A stretch of 61,339 bases of DNA, counting the filler. It is 3 parts of 3 records of this genome, joined end to end, with 100 filler letters (N's around TTAATTAATTAA, not from the genome) between each part and the next. Parts side by side here need not be neighbours in the genome. Positions count along the whole stretch, not along the records: positions 1 to 30,592 come from DRR723986_9941; 2 more parts are not named here. One strand, 5' to 3'. A model generated the notes under the pieces. It was given only the letters and a program-made list of their open reading frames with translations. It was not told the DNA's origin and searched no databases. How positions within the stretch are numbered: the first letter of the stretch is position 1; every line of letters starts with the position of its first letter. Below, one piece after another: positions 1 through 10,073 of the stretch. The position numbers were made by a program, and so were the translations under genes.

Positions 1-260
1 TAGCTGAGCGGCAGAACGGTCATGTCCAGCTGACCGCGGCTGACCGGGGTGTACTGCTCGCGGGCGCGGAAGAGCGACTGCGAGGGGAAAATGGTGATCT
101 CGAGATCAACATCGGCGGCGGCCACTTCGTCAGCAACCATCTGCGCGACGCGGTGACGGATGTCCTGTGTCGACCACTGGTGCGACAGGCGCAATTCCTC
201 GGCCTGCACGGCCCCGGCCAAAAGTGCGGCGGCGGCGGTTGTAATAAGCGTGCTCTTCAT
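1..260 (-). CDS. TRAP transporter substrate-binding protein, DctP family (5' part; runs off the window start)
   Basis: Manual translation from the ATG at 260, with RBS GGAGGAG upstream: MKSTLITTAAAALLAGAVQAEELRLSHQWSTQDIRH...LEITIFPSQSLF...RGQLDMTVLPLS. This is a signal peptide plus a DctP-like N-terminus. Absent from the ORF track because the stop lies outside the window. Confidence 0.8.
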   Translation of the reverse strand, partial: MKSTLITTAAAALLAGAVQAEELRLSHQWSTQDIRHRVAQMVADEVAAADVDLEITIFPSQSLFRAREQYTPVSRGQLDMTVLPLS

Positions 261-343
261 GGGTTCTCCTCCCTTGGAATTGTGTCCGATTCGGGACCGG
301 ATCGCATTCTTGATCGCAGGTCGTGTATCTGTAGTCAATATTT

Positions 344-353
344 TTGTATACAA
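344..353. promoter_or_regulatory. Palindromic GntR/FadR-type operator TTGTATACAA
   Basis: Perfect palindrome in the AT-rich divergent promoter between the TRAP gene and GntR; a related CTATATACAA lies at 388-397. Confidence 0.7.
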
Positions 354-399
354 GAAAACACCTATTGTACCCGAATAAGGTTGGCACTATATACAAACC

Positions 400-1056
400 A
401 TGGAACGCAAACGCGCAGATATCATCGCGGAAGAGCTCGAAGGCCTGATCTTCGACGGCACTTTCGATAATGGGGAACGCCTCGACGAGGTGCAGCTGGC
501 CGAGAAGTTCTCGGTCTCTCGCACACCTATTCGGGAAGCTTTGCAAAAGCTTGCGCAATCGGGTCTGGTCGAGCAGATCCCGCGCCGGGGCGTCTTCGTG
601 CGTCAGCCCGGCCCTGTCGAACTGATCGAGATGTTCGAGGTCATGGCAGAGCTGGAAGCGGTCTGCGCGAGGCTTGCTGCTTCGCGGATCTCGGACGAGG
701 CGCTTGCCGATCTGCACGAGGCGAACCAGCGCTGCAACGAGGCGGTCGATGCCCAGGACGCCGATCTCTATTACCGTGAAAACGAGAGATTCCACGCGAT
801 TCTCTACCGACAGTCCGGCAACCGCTTCCTCGAACAGGAATGCCTGCGCCTGCACCGCCGCCTGCAACCCTTCCGTCGCCTGCAACTGCGCCTGCGTGGC
901 CGGATGCGGCAGTCGATGGGTGAGCATGAGGCGATTGTGAACGCTCTGGAAGCGGGTGATGGAAACCGCGCCTCTGCCGTGATCCGCGATCACGTGGCGG
1001 TTCAGGGCGAAAAGTTCCATCACCTCATTGCCAACCTGAAACCGGCGGCGGAATAG
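400..1056 (+). CDS. GntR family transcriptional regulator (FCD domain)
   Basis: wHTH 'LDEVQLAEKFSVSRTPIREAL' and FCD motif 'NERFHAILY'. Confidence 0.95.
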   Translation: MERKRADIIAEELEGLIFDGTFDNGERLDEVQLAEKFSVSRTPIREALQKLAQSGLVEQIPRRGVFVRQPGPVELIEMFEVMAELEAVCARLAASRISDEALADLHEANQRCNEAVDAQDADLYYRENERFHAILYRQSGNRFLEQECLRLHRRLQPFRRLQLRLRGRMRQSMGEHEAIVNALEAGDGNRASAVIRDHVAVQGEKFHHLIANLKPAAE

Positions 1057-1071
1057 CCTCCGGCAGGCGGT

Positions 1072-2574
1072 TCAGCCCATCAGGTCTGGACTCAGCGTTG
1101 CGGGAAGATCCTGATAGCACAGTGGGCGCAGCCAGCGGCGGATCGACAGGGTTCCAACCGAGGTGTGGCCAAAATTCGTTGAGGCCGGGTACGGGCCGCC
1201 GTGGACCATGCTATCGCAAACCTCGACACCGGTTGGAAACCCATTGAACAGGATCCGCCCGGCCTTGCGTTCCAGAGTGGGCAACAGGGCGCGGGCCGTC
1301 TCTGTATCGGCGTCATCCATATGCAGGGTGCAGGTCAATTGCCCTTCCAACTGCGCGGCGATCTGTTTCATCTGCCCCGCTCCGTCCACCTCGACGATCA
1401 GGCCAAGCGGTCCGAACACCTCGTGTTGCAGGTCGGGATTGTCCAGAAACGCCGCACCGGTCGTGCGATAGAGGCAGGGGGCGACCTCTCGGCTCTGGCG
1501 GGAGGAGACCAGAAGCCCCTGCACATCGTCCCCCTGCCCCATCCGGTCGCAGCCGTCGCGGTAGGCTTGCGCGATGCCATCCGTCAGCATCATCTGCGGT
1601 GGCGTTTGTGATAGCGCCCCGGCTGCCGTTTCTGCAAAAGCCTCCGCATCGGCCCCGGCGGGCAGGATCGCAACTCCGGGATTGGTGCAGAACTGCCCTG
1701 CCCCCATGGTCAGGGATGCGGCCCAGCCTCGGGCGATGTCTTCCGATCTGGCAGAAAGGGCCCCGGGTAAGATGAACATCGGGTTGACGCTGCCCAGTTC
1801 TCCGAAAAACGGGATCGGCTCGGGTCGTGCGGCACAGAGGTCGAACAGCGCCCTGCCCCCGGCGAGAGAGCCGGTGAAGCCGACCGCGCGGATGAGCGGA
1901 TGGGTGACCAAAGCCGTCCCCACGTCGCGGCGACCGCCCTGGATCAGGGAAAAGACGCCCGATGGCATGCCACAGGCCAAAGTCGCGGCCTCGATGGCGC
2001 GGGCCACGATCTCGCTGGTGCCGGGATGGGCGCTGTGGCCCTTCACGACAGCGGGGCAACCCGCCGCCAGCGCGCTGGCGGTGTCGCCCCCAGCAACGGA
2101 AAAGGCCAGCGGGAAATTCGATGCGCCGAAGACGGCCACGGGGCCGATCGGGCGCTGGATCATCCGCAGGTCTGGCCGGGGAAGAGGCTGGCGGTCAGGC
2201 AGGGCCGGATCATGGCGGCGGTCGAGATAATCGCCCTTCAGGATATGGTCGGCGAACAGGCGCAACTGCCCGGTGGTGCGGCCGCGTTCACCTTGCAATC
2301 GCGCCTCGGGCAGGCCGGTTTCGCGGCTGCCGGTTTCGGTGATTTCGTCGGCGCGGACCTCGATCTCGTCGGCGATGGCGTTCAGAAACCCGGCCCGCGC
2401 GTCGGCGCTAGTGCGCGCATAGGTCTCGAACGCGGCCTCGGCTGCGCCACAGGCGATCTCGACCAGATCGGGCGTGCCGACGCTGAACTCCTGCGCCGGA
2501 CCACGCACCGGGGCGGACAGAAAGCTCTTGTCGCTGCCGGTCCATTGCCCGGCGATGTAATGCTTGCCGATCAT
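1072..2574 (-). CDS. NADP-dependent aldehyde dehydrogenase, alpha-ketoglutaric semialdehyde dehydrogenase-like
   Basis: Motifs GPVAVFGASNFPLAFS, GFTGS, ELGSVNP, GQFCTNPG, GFPTGVEV and HGGPYPAS are typical of the KGSADH-like subfamily. Confidence 0.9.
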   Translation of the reverse strand: MIGKHYIAGQWTGSDKSFLSAPVRGPAQEFSVGTPDLVEIACGAAEAAFETYARTSADARAGFLNAIADEIEVRADEITETGSRETGLPEARLQGERGRTTGQLRLFADHILKGDYLDRRHDPALPDRQPLPRPDLRMIQRPIGPVAVFGASNFPLAFSVAGGDTASALAAGCPAVVKGHSAHPGTSEIVARAIEAATLACGMPSGVFSLIQGGRRDVGTALVTHPLIRAVGFTGSLAGGRALFDLCAARPEPIPFFGELGSVNPMFILPGALSARSEDIARGWAASLTMGAGQFCTNPGVAILPAGADAEAFAETAAGALSQTPPQMMLTDGIAQAYRDGCDRMGQGDDVQGLLVSSRQSREVAPCLYRTTGAAFLDNPDLQHEVFGPLGLIVEVDGAGQMKQIAAQLEGQLTCTLHMDDADTETARALLPTLERKAGRILFNGFPTGVEVCDSMVHGGPYPASTNFGHTSVGTLSIRRWLRPLCYQDLPATLSPDLMG

Positions 2575-3791
2575 GCGCCTTCCCCTTCGCCGTCGCGTGA
2601 CCAGTAGCTGTCAGGCGGCGGGCCGAAGTCGATCAGCGCGCAGGAATAGACCGCCGTTTCGTCGAAGGGATAGCGCGCCTCCATTTCCGGCGTCAGCGTC
2701 AGACCCAATCCCGGTGCCGTGGGGCGCAACAGCTGCCCGTCCACGATGCGGCCCTGATCGCCAATCATCTCGGTCCCGAGCGGGAAAGCGAGCATCGGGT
2801 ATTCCACCAGCTTGCCCCCCGCCGCGAAGGCCGCGTGGTAGCTCGCCATGATCGCCGCCGCTCCGCCCCAGGCATGGACAACGACATCGGTGCCCTTGGC
2901 CTTAGCCGCCTCGAACACATCCATCACCGCCGAAATCCCGCCCATGACCGAGGCATCGGGCTGCACGAAATCGTAGACGTTATGGTTGATCCGTTCGATC
3001 ATCTCTTTCGGCGTGGTGATGATCTCGCCGCCGCAGACGGGTACGTCGATCCGCCCGCGCAGGGCCTTGAAGCCTTCTGGCGCATCCGGGCCTATGGCCT
3101 CTTCCACGAAGATCATCCGCTGATCGGTCAGCGCGTGGACCGCTTCGACATAGGCCACCACGTCCTCCACCTCCTGCGGAGGATCGGCGAGGTTCTGGCA
3201 CATGTCCACCCCCACCTGGATGCCACGTTTGCCGGACTCTTCCAGCACCCAGACCGTGCGCAGGATATCAGTCTTGATCGCGCGGATCTTGTAACGGGTG
3301 ATGCCGAGGCTTTCGAGCAGATTCAGTTCGCGCAGGAACTGGTGTTTCGCATCACAGCACCCGCCCGAGCCATAGATCGGGATCGCGTCTGCCTTTGCCC
3401 CGCCAAGCAGGTCGTAGACGGGCACCCCGAGGCTCTTGCCCTTGGCGTCCTGCAACGCGATCTCGAAGGCCGCGATCACATGGCGCGCCGCGCCCTGCAG
3501 GGACCAGTAGTCGCAGAGCGAGCGCAAGTCGCGCACCCGGCCCGCAATGTCGAACCCGTCCTTGCCCATGACCTGCGGGCGGCAGAGATCAACGATGGAC
3601 TCGAACACTTTGGGCGCGAATACGGCCAGGTAGCCTTCGCCCAATCCGGTCACGCCATTGTCGAGCGTGACCTCGACCATGCCGATGGTGCGCTTGGGAC
3701 CGTTGGGGAAGCATTCCTTGATCTCGGGATCATCCGCATCGGCATAGGACGAACTGAGCAGAACACAGCGGATATTGGTGATATTGGGCAT
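2571..3791 (-). CDS. Mandelate racemase/muconate lactonizing (enolase superfamily) enzyme
   Basis: EIALQDAKGK...GVPVYDLLGG; metal ligands in 'VD', 'EE' and 'GE'; QPD and VHAW suggest the His-Asp dyad. Confidence 0.9.
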   Translation of the reverse strand: MPNITNIRCVLLSSSYADADDPEIKECFPNGPKRTIGMVEVTLDNGVTGLGEGYLAVFAPKVFESIVDLCRPQVMGKDGFDIAGRVRDLRSLCDYWSLQGAARHVIAAFEIALQDAKGKSLGVPVYDLLGGAKADAIPIYGSGGCCDAKHQFLRELNLLESLGITRYKIRAIKTDILRTVWVLEESGKRGIQVGVDMCQNLADPPQEVEDVVAYVEAVHALTDQRMIFVEEAIGPDAPEGFKALRGRIDVPVCGGEIITTPKEMIERINHNVYDFVQPDASVMGGISAVMDVFEAAKAKGTDVVVHAWGGAAAIMASYHAAFAAGGKLVEYPMLAFPLGTEMIGDQGRIVDGQLLRPTAPGLGLTLTPEMEARYPFDETAVYSCALIDFGPPPDSYWSRDGEGEGA

Positions 3792-4696
3792 CAGTAACCT
3801 CGGGTCATGTCGACGACGCCCTGCAAGGGCTGACCCGCCCGGTATCGGGCGAGATTGGCAAGGAAGGTGTCGATCTTGCGGTCCAGTTCATCGGCGGTGC
3901 CGCCGCCGCTGTGCTGGCTCAGAAGGACATTTGGGCAGGTCCAGAACGGGTGATCGGGCGGCAGGGGTTCGTCCTGGGTCACGTCCAGCACGGCCCCGGC
4001 AAGGCGGCCCTCGGCCAGTGCGTCGGCCAGTGCGTCCTCATCCAGCAGCGAGCCACGGCCAAGATTGGCAAGGACCGCGTGACTGGGCAGCAGGGCCAGA
4101 CGTTCCGCCGACAACAGCCCGCGCGTGGCTGGGGTGTCCGGGACCGTCGCCACCAGAATATCCGCCGTTGGCAGCAGGGCATCGAGGTCGGCAGGCGTGG
4201 CGGAACTGTCCAGCGCCGTCACCTCGCAGCCGAAGGAGGCCAGCAGCTCTGCCAGCCGCCGGTTGATCGCGCCATGTCCCAGCATCACCACCCGTGCGCC
4301 TTTCAGCAAACGCAGCCGCGTGCGGATCGGGTCGCCCTCCCATGTCCTGCTCGATTGCAGCCGGGCCAGCCGGTCCACACCACGCGCAAGGGCCAGAAGC
4401 CCCGCAAGTGCGGTTTCCGCGACCGGATCGGCAAAAAAGCCAGCTAGATTGGTCAGGGTCAGGCGCTGGCCAAGCGTGGACCAGTCGAGATCCGCGTATT
4501 CCCCGAAGCCCACGGATTCCAACTGCACCCATCTAAGCGCCTCGGCTTCAGTCAAGGCCTCGGGCGTTGGATTGCCAAAGGCGATCTCGCACCCGTTGAG
4601 ATCACCGGTTTCTTCAAGCTCGGCGTCCCCGATCCCCGCGCGCAGCCGCGCAATCTGGTCGCCGTTCAAATCGAGACACAGCGCGATGCGTATCAT
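3791..4696 (-). CDS. D-2-hydroxyacid dehydrogenase family protein
   Basis: GHGAIN Rossmann motif, NLGRG, LDVT..EPLP and SQHSGG. Confidence 0.9.
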   Translation of the reverse strand: MIRIALCLDLNGDQIARLRAGIGDAELEETGDLNGCEIAFGNPTPEALTEAEALRWVQLESVGFGEYADLDWSTLGQRLTLTNLAGFFADPVAETALAGLLALARGVDRLARLQSSRTWEGDPIRTRLRLLKGARVVMLGHGAINRRLAELLASFGCEVTALDSSATPADLDALLPTADILVATVPDTPATRGLLSAERLALLPSHAVLANLGRGSLLDEDALADALAEGRLAGAVLDVTQDEPLPPDHPFWTCPNVLLSQHSGGGTADELDRKIDTFLANLARYRAGQPLQGVVDMTRGY

Positions 4697-6189
4697 GCAG
4701 GTGTCCCCTGGCAGATCCAGATGGTCTTGGTTTGCAGATACTGTTCCATCGCCTCGACGCCATTGTCCCGCGCCAGCGAACCGGACCGTTTGTAGCCGCC
4801 GAAGGGCGTCTTGATATCGCCCTCGGAAAACCCGTTCACGGAAACCGTGCCACAGGGCAGCCGCCGCGCCATGTGCAGCGCGCGGTCGATGTCTCGGGTG
4901 AAGACGGTGGCATGCAGGCCATAGTCGCTGTCGGCGGCCAGGTGCAGCGCCGCGTCCATCGTCTTCACCGGCAGAATGCCCAGAACCGGGCCGAAGATCT
5001 CTTCCCGCGCGATGGTCATCTCCGGGGTCAGCCCGGCGAAAACGGTGGGCTCCACGAAGAACCCTGCCCCATCCCGCGCGCCGCCGGTTGTCATGCGCGC
5101 GCCCTCGGCCACGCCCTTGTCGATGTAGCCGGTGACCCGGGCCATGTGTTCGGCTGTCACCATCGCGCCGATATCGGTGTCGGGGTCCAGCGGGTCACCC
5201 ACCCTGTAGGCGGCGGCGCGGGCGGTGACCTTGTCCAGATAGGCCTCGGCCACGCGGGCATCGACGATCTGGCGCATATTGGCCGAGCAGTTCTGCCCGC
5301 CGTTCCAGAAGGCGGAATTGACGGCGTGATCGATCAGGTCTTCGCTGAGATCCGCATCGTCCAGCACGATAAAGGGACTTTTGCCGCCCATCTCCAGCCC
5401 GATGACCTTGAGGTTGCTTTCCCCTGCATAGCGCAGGAAATAGCCGCCCACCTCGGTCGAGCCGGTGAAGGAGACGATGTCAATATCGCCGTGCCGCCCG
5501 ATGGCCTGCCCCGTCGTTTCGCCCATGCCGGGCAGGACGTTCAGAACCCCGTCAGGCACCCCGGCCTCTTGCGCCAAAGCGGCAAGGCGCAGGATGCTGA
5601 GAGGCGTCTGTTCCGCCGGTTTCACAAGGCAGGAACAGCCCGCCGCCAGCGCCGGGGCCAGTTTCCAAGCCGCCATCAGCAGCGGGAAGTTCCAGGGCAG
5701 CACCAGCCCGACGACACCCGCCGGTTCCTTGACAATCAGCGCCAGCGCGTCCTCGCCCGTGGGGGCGACCTTGCCGAAGCTCTTGTCGGCCAGTTCGCCA
5801 TACCACTGGAAGAAATTGGCGACCTCGGTGCCGATCTCGTGCAGGCAGTCGGTAATGGTCTTGCCGCTGTCGAGGCTTTCCAGAACCGCCAGATCCTCAG
5901 CGTTCTCGCGGATCAGGGCGGAAAGCTTCAGCATCACCTCCTTGCGATCTTCCGGCGCGGCGCGGGACCAGACCCCGTCATTGAACCGCGAACGGGCAGC
6001 GGCAACGGCGCGGTCCACGTCTGCCCCCGCGCAATGGGCGACGGCGCACAGGGTTTCGCCCGTGGCCGGGTTGACGCTGTCGAATGTCCCGCCGTCTGAG
6101 GCCTCGGTAAAGGCCCCGTCGATGAAGGCGCGGGTTTCGATGCTCAGCGCCGAGGCGCGGGAATGGGCCTGATCTTTGGTCAGCGACAT
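4693..6189 (-). CDS. Aldehyde dehydrogenase (PuuC-like)
   Basis: PWNFP, FTGST, LEMGGKSP, GQNCSA, EEIFGP and PFGGYK. Confidence 0.92.
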   Translation of the reverse strand: MSLTKDQAHSRASALSIETRAFIDGAFTEASDGGTFDSVNPATGETLCAVAHCAGADVDRAVAAARSRFNDGVWSRAAPEDRKEVMLKLSALIRENAEDLAVLESLDSGKTITDCLHEIGTEVANFFQWYGELADKSFGKVAPTGEDALALIVKEPAGVVGLVLPWNFPLLMAAWKLAPALAAGCSCLVKPAEQTPLSILRLAALAQEAGVPDGVLNVLPGMGETTGQAIGRHGDIDIVSFTGSTEVGGYFLRYAGESNLKVIGLEMGGKSPFIVLDDADLSEDLIDHAVNSAFWNGGQNCSANMRQIVDARVAEAYLDKVTARAAAYRVGDPLDPDTDIGAMVTAEHMARVTGYIDKGVAEGARMTTGGARDGAGFFVEPTVFAGLTPEMTIAREEIFGPVLGILPVKTMDAALHLAADSDYGLHATVFTRDIDRALHMARRLPCGTVSVNGFSEGDIKTPFGGYKRSGSLARDNGVEAMEQYLQTKTIWICQGTPA

Positions 6190-6212
6190 GGGAAAGCTCC
6201 GTTACAGATGCG

Positions 6213-7013
6213 TCAGTTGCGGCGGACAGAGATGTGCCAGGGGATGAGCAGCCGTTCGGCCAGCGTCACGAGCCCGAACAGGCACAACCCCAGAAGCGTC
6301 AGGAAGAAGATCCCGGCGAAGGCCAGGTCGGGCCGCATGTTGCCGGTCACGATCTGGATGTAGAAGCCAAGCCCCTCGTCCGATCCGATGAACTCGGCAA
6401 TCGCTGCGCCCACGGTTGCGTTGATGGCCGCATATTTGAAACCCACGAAACACTGGGGCAGCGCGGCGGGCAGCCGAACCTTGAAGAAGGTGCGCCAGAT
6501 GCCTGCCCCGGTCGAGCGCGAGAACAGCGTCAACTCCTCGGACAGAGAATTGAAGGCAAGGATCGCGTTCAGCACGATGGGAAAGAAGCACACGAGGAAA
6601 ACGATGATCACCTTGGGCAGCAGCCCGAAGCCAAGCCAAGAAATGAAGAGCGGCGCAAAGGCGATCTTCGGCACCATCTCGATGCAGACGATGAACGGGT
6701 AGATGGTGCGCTTGAGGATCGTGGAAAACGCGATGGCAAGGCCAAGGGGCAGCGCAAGGACAACCGCCAGGACATAGCCGATAATGACTTCGGTCCCCGT
6801 GACCAGCGTGTAGTCCAGAAGCCGGGGCAGATCAGCCGCGCCGTTTTCGATGATCAGCGACGGCGGGGTGAGGATGTAGAGCGGGATGTCGAACCACAGC
6901 ACCGAGTATTCCCAGAACAGGAAGAACCCGATGAAGAAGGCGACAAACATCCACGAATTCATCAACCGCAGCTTCAGGCCCGCGAAGGTGGGTTTTTTGT
7001 CAAATGACGCCAT
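6213..7013 (-). CDS. NitT/TauT-type ABC transporter permease
   Basis: Multiple TM segments, PKIAFAPLF and IAEFIGSDEGLG; start trimmed to MASFDKK. Confidence 0.9.
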   Translation of the reverse strand: MASFDKKPTFAGLKLRLMNSWMFVAFFIGFFLFWEYSVLWFDIPLYILTPPSLIIENGAADLPRLLDYTLVTGTEVIIGYVLAVVLALPLGLAIAFSTILKRTIYPFIVCIEMVPKIAFAPLFISWLGFGLLPKVIIVFLVCFFPIVLNAILAFNSLSEELTLFSRSTGAGIWRTFFKVRLPAALPQCFVGFKYAAINATVGAAIAEFIGSDEGLGFYIQIVTGNMRPDLAFAGIFFLTLLGLCLFGLVTLAERLLIPWHISVRRN

Positions 7014-7767
7014 AGCCTCTGAAGATCTCCTGGGTTTCATGAACATATGCGGAAAACTCGGGCGAGCGTTTCACCTCGTAGTCGCGCGGATAAGGCAGGT
7101 CGATGTCGATCACCCGCTCGATCCGGCCCGGCCGCGGCGTGATCACCGCAACCTTGCTGGAGAGTTGGATCGCCTCCTCGATGGAATGGGTGACGAACAG
7201 GACCGTTGGTCGCTGCTCCATCCACAGCGATTGCAGATCGCTACGGATGCGTTCGCGCGTCATCGCGTCGAGCTTGCCGAGCGGTTCATCGAGCAGCATC
7301 GTCTTGGGCGCATGGATCATCGCCTGGCAAAACGCGGCGCGCTGCTGCATCCCGCCCGAAAGCTCGTAAGGGTGGCGGTCCGCGAAATCCTCCAGGTGGA
7401 CAGAGGCCAGGATCGCGTCGATCTCGGCCCGTTTCGAGGCCACGGAGATGCCGCGCATTTCCAGTTGCAGCTCGATGTTCCCGCGCACGGTGCGCCAGGG
7501 AACCAGCGTGTTGTCCTGGAACATGATGCCGATATCGGTCTGCGGGCCTTTCACCGGCGTCCCACCGATGCTGACCGAACCTTCGGTCACGTCCAACAGC
7601 CCCGCGGTCATGAGCATCAGGGTGGACTTGCCGCAACCCGACGGTCCAAGCAGCGAGACGAATTCCCCATCCTCCACCACCATATCGACCGGACCGAAGG
7701 CATGGACGGCGTCAGGGCCGCTTCCAAAAACCTTTTTCACGCCCGAGAATTTGATCTGGTTGCTCAT
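7000..7767 (-). CDS. NitT/TauT-type ABC transporter ATP-binding protein
   Basis: GPSGCGKST, LSGGMQQR, LLDEP and FVTH; start MSNQIK with RBS AAGGAAG. Confidence 0.93.
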   Translation of the reverse strand: MSNQIKFSGVKKVFGSGPDAVHAFGPVDMVVEDGEFVSLLGPSGCGKSTLMLMTAGLLDVTEGSVSIGGTPVKGPQTDIGIMFQDNTLVPWRTVRGNIELQLEMRGISVASKRAEIDAILASVHLEDFADRHPYELSGGMQQRAAFCQAMIHAPKTMLLDEPLGKLDAMTRERIRSDLQSLWMEQRPTVLFVTHSIEEAIQLSSKVAVITPRPGRIERVIDIDLPYPRDYEVKRSPEFSAYVHETQEIFRGYGVI

Positions 7768-7785
7768 GAACTCTTCCTTTGAATA

Positions 7786-7809
7786 CCGGGGGCCAGCTGC
7801 GGCCCCCGG
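7786..7809 (-). terminator. GC hairpin after the binding-protein gene (mRNA stabiliser or attenuator)
   Basis: CCGGGGGCC-agctgc-GGCCCCCGG, a perfect 9-bp stem. Confidence 0.5.
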
Positions 7810-7822
7810 CCAGTTTAGCTTG

Positions 7823-8824
7823 TCAGTCGATGAACTGGTTGGTGTAGAAGCTCGCCGCTTCCGCCTCGGGGTCGAGGTCATTGTATTCCTGCATCAGGCT
7901 GACCATGCTTTCCCAGTCGGACGGAACGTTCAGGCCAAGCTGACGTTCGGTGTTGGCGCCGGAATACAGAATACCAAGCGTCACATCGAGAACCGAGCGC
8001 GCCTGCATCATGCCCTGTTCCTCGGCCATGGTGCCACCGACAATGTCGGCAATGGCGGCAACCGCCGTGTCGGGGTCAGCCTCGGTCTGGGTGTAGGCTT
8101 CGATCGTGGCATCGACAAAGCGGTCGACCAGATCCGGGTTGCTTTCGACAAGGTCACGCCGCGTCGAGATGCAGTAGCCAACCTGGTCCACCCCGTAGTC
8201 GGAATAGGGGAACAGGACCGGGTCGTCGCCACCATTGGCGCGGATCTCGGCCGGTTTGTCGTCGAGACCGCCCAGCATGGCGACCGCGCCGCCCGATCCT
8301 TGCAGGTAGCTCGACACGAGGGCGCCGTCGGGCACGTTTGTCAGGGTGACATCATCCTCGGTCAGACCGGCATTGGACAGCACGATCGGGAAGAAGGTAT
8401 TCACGCCCGCATTTGCCGTGGTCAGGATGACATGGCCGCGCAGGTCCTCGATCGACTCGATCCCGGCGTCAGGGCGCACGATCACCGCCTCTGATCCTGT
8501 CGCGTCTATCACGGCGACCGACACGATGTCAGCCCCCTGGCTGGCCAGCGTGATCAGCGCCCCGCAGGAGCCGTAGGCGAAATCGCTGTCGCCGTTGGCC
8601 ACCAGCCTATGTGCCGAGCTGGAGCCGTTGCCCGAGCGGATGTCGAGGTCGATTCCATGCGCGTCGTAGATGCCCGACACATACCCATGCGCGAACCCGG
8701 CGTGAGAGCCGTAATACATCCAGTTCAGGCGCAGCCGGACATCGTCCTGGGCGGCGGCTACGCCGGTCATCAGCAGGCTGGCCGTCAGCGCCAGTCCCGT
8801 GGTCTTCACGATCTTGGTCATCAT
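7823..8824 (-). CDS. ABC substrate-binding protein, NMT1/THI5-like
   Basis: Signal peptide, then 'VRLRLNW...HAGF...GIY..HGIDLDI..GNGS', the SsuA/THI5-like pattern. Confidence 0.88.
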   Translation of the reverse strand: MMTKIVKTTGLALTASLLMTGVAAAQDDVRLRLNWMYYGSHAGFAHGYVSGIYDAHGIDLDIRSGNGSSSAHRLVANGDSDFAYGSCGALITLASQGADIVSVAVIDATGSEAVIVRPDAGIESIEDLRGHVILTTANAGVNTFFPIVLSNAGLTEDDVTLTNVPDGALVSSYLQGSGGAVAMLGGLDDKPAEIRANGGDDPVLFPYSDYGVDQVGYCISTRRDLVESNPDLVDRFVDATIEAYTQTEADPDTAVAAIADIVGGTMAEEQGMMQARSVLDVTLGILYSGANTERQLGLNVPSDWESMVSLMQEYNDLDPEAEAASFYTNQFID

Positions 8825-8881
8825 CTTAATTCTCCCTTTGGATCTGTTCTTGATGGGTTTCGGTGTTGTCTGCACGTCGCC

Positions 8882-9895
8882 TCAGGTAAGGCCGATCAGC
8901 CTTGGCACGCCGATTTTGTTCATCATGGCGTGGGTTTGTTCTTTGTGGGTCTGGCGGATGTCGCGGGTCGGCGGTCGACACCGGCTGGAGGGAAGCCCGA
9001 TCAGCTCCATGCATAGCTTGTCGAGATAGCCGTCGCCGCTTGTATAGGTCTGTTCGATCTCGACCCAGAGCTTGTAGAAGGGCATGCCCTCCTCGACCAG
9101 CATCCGGGCGATCTCGGGGTAGTTCCCTGCCCGCACCTCGTCGATCAGTTTGATCCCCCATTCGGGCCAGAAGTTGCAGTGATGCACCTCGAAGGCCGTT
9201 GCGCCGAGGCTGGGCATCGCGCTCATGCCGAACAGCAGGTTGTTGTCGATGATGGTGAAACGGTCCGAGAAATGGGAACAGACATCCTCGAATTCCATCG
9301 CGTCGGTGCGCGGTGCGGCCCATTTCAGACCGACGAGATTTGGAATCTCCGCCAGCCGCTCGATCATCGCGAAACTCAGGTTCTGGCTGGTCCAGAAGGT
9401 GTTGTAGAGGATGATCCCCACATCCGGCGCGGCGGCGGCGGCGGCACGGACATAGTCTTCGAAATCAGCCTCGGTGTGGGCGAAGTAGAACGGGCAGGAC
9501 ACCTGGATGAAATCCGCGCCAAGCCGATTTGCGGCCTTGGCCAACCGGATCAGTTCCAGGGTGCTGGTGGTTTGCGCGCCCATGGCAATCGGCACCGCTC
9601 CGTCGGCCTCGTCCACAACGACCTCGGCCACGAACAGCCGCTCTTCAAAAGTCATGGTCGAAAAGTCGCCCGCCGCGCCCCCGGCCAGCAGCGTGGCGTA
9701 GTCGGCAGTCAGGCCAGAATCGATCAGGAACCGCACATAGCGCCGCAGCGCCGCCTCGTTCACTGCCATGTCAGGCGTGTCGTCAAACGGCGTCGGGATG
9801 GTGACGTAGCAGCCCTGCAGTTTTTTCTTCTTGTCGTCCACGTTCGGCAGCTCCAGTTCGGATGGCCGCACAGCTCCGCGCGGTGCAAAACGCAC
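8882..9895 (-). CDS. Dihydrodipicolinate synthase/NAL family lyase (true start possibly near 9843)
   Basis: TPF, GAAGDFSTMTFEER, LYN and Schiff-base Lys in VGLKW. Confidence 0.88.
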   Translation of the reverse strand: MRFAPRGAVRPSELELPNVDDKKKKLQGCYVTIPTPFDDTPDMAVNEAALRRYVRFLIDSGLTADYATLLAGGAAGDFSTMTFEERLFVAEVVVDEADGAVPIAMGAQTTSTLELIRLAKAANRLGADFIQVSCPFYFAHTEADFEDYVRAAAAAAPDVGIILYNTFWTSQNLSFAMIERLAEIPNLVGLKWAAPRTDAMEFEDVCSHFSDRFTIIDNNLLFGMSAMPSLGATAFEVHHCNFWPEWGIKLIDEVRAGNYPEIARMLVEEGMPFYKLWVEIEQTYTSGDGYLDKLCMELIGLPSSRCRPPTRDIRQTHKEQTHAMMNKIGVPRLIGLT

Positions 9896-10073
9896 CGCTG
9901 ACGGGGGCCATCAGCCATAAAATTCCAGGGTCTTTTCAGTGTCGGACCAGATGAGACGGGCCCGCTGACATGAAAACAGTAAGGACGAAAATCCCCGTTT
10001 GAGTTGATTATTCTTGCCGATTGCTTCACAAATCTTGCCAGATTGATGCAGTTTCTTGGTCGAGGAGGATGCA

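Noticed and set aside
8882-9895. dapA (lysine biosynthesis)
   Set aside because: Lacks the GTTGE motif and sits in a catabolic operon.
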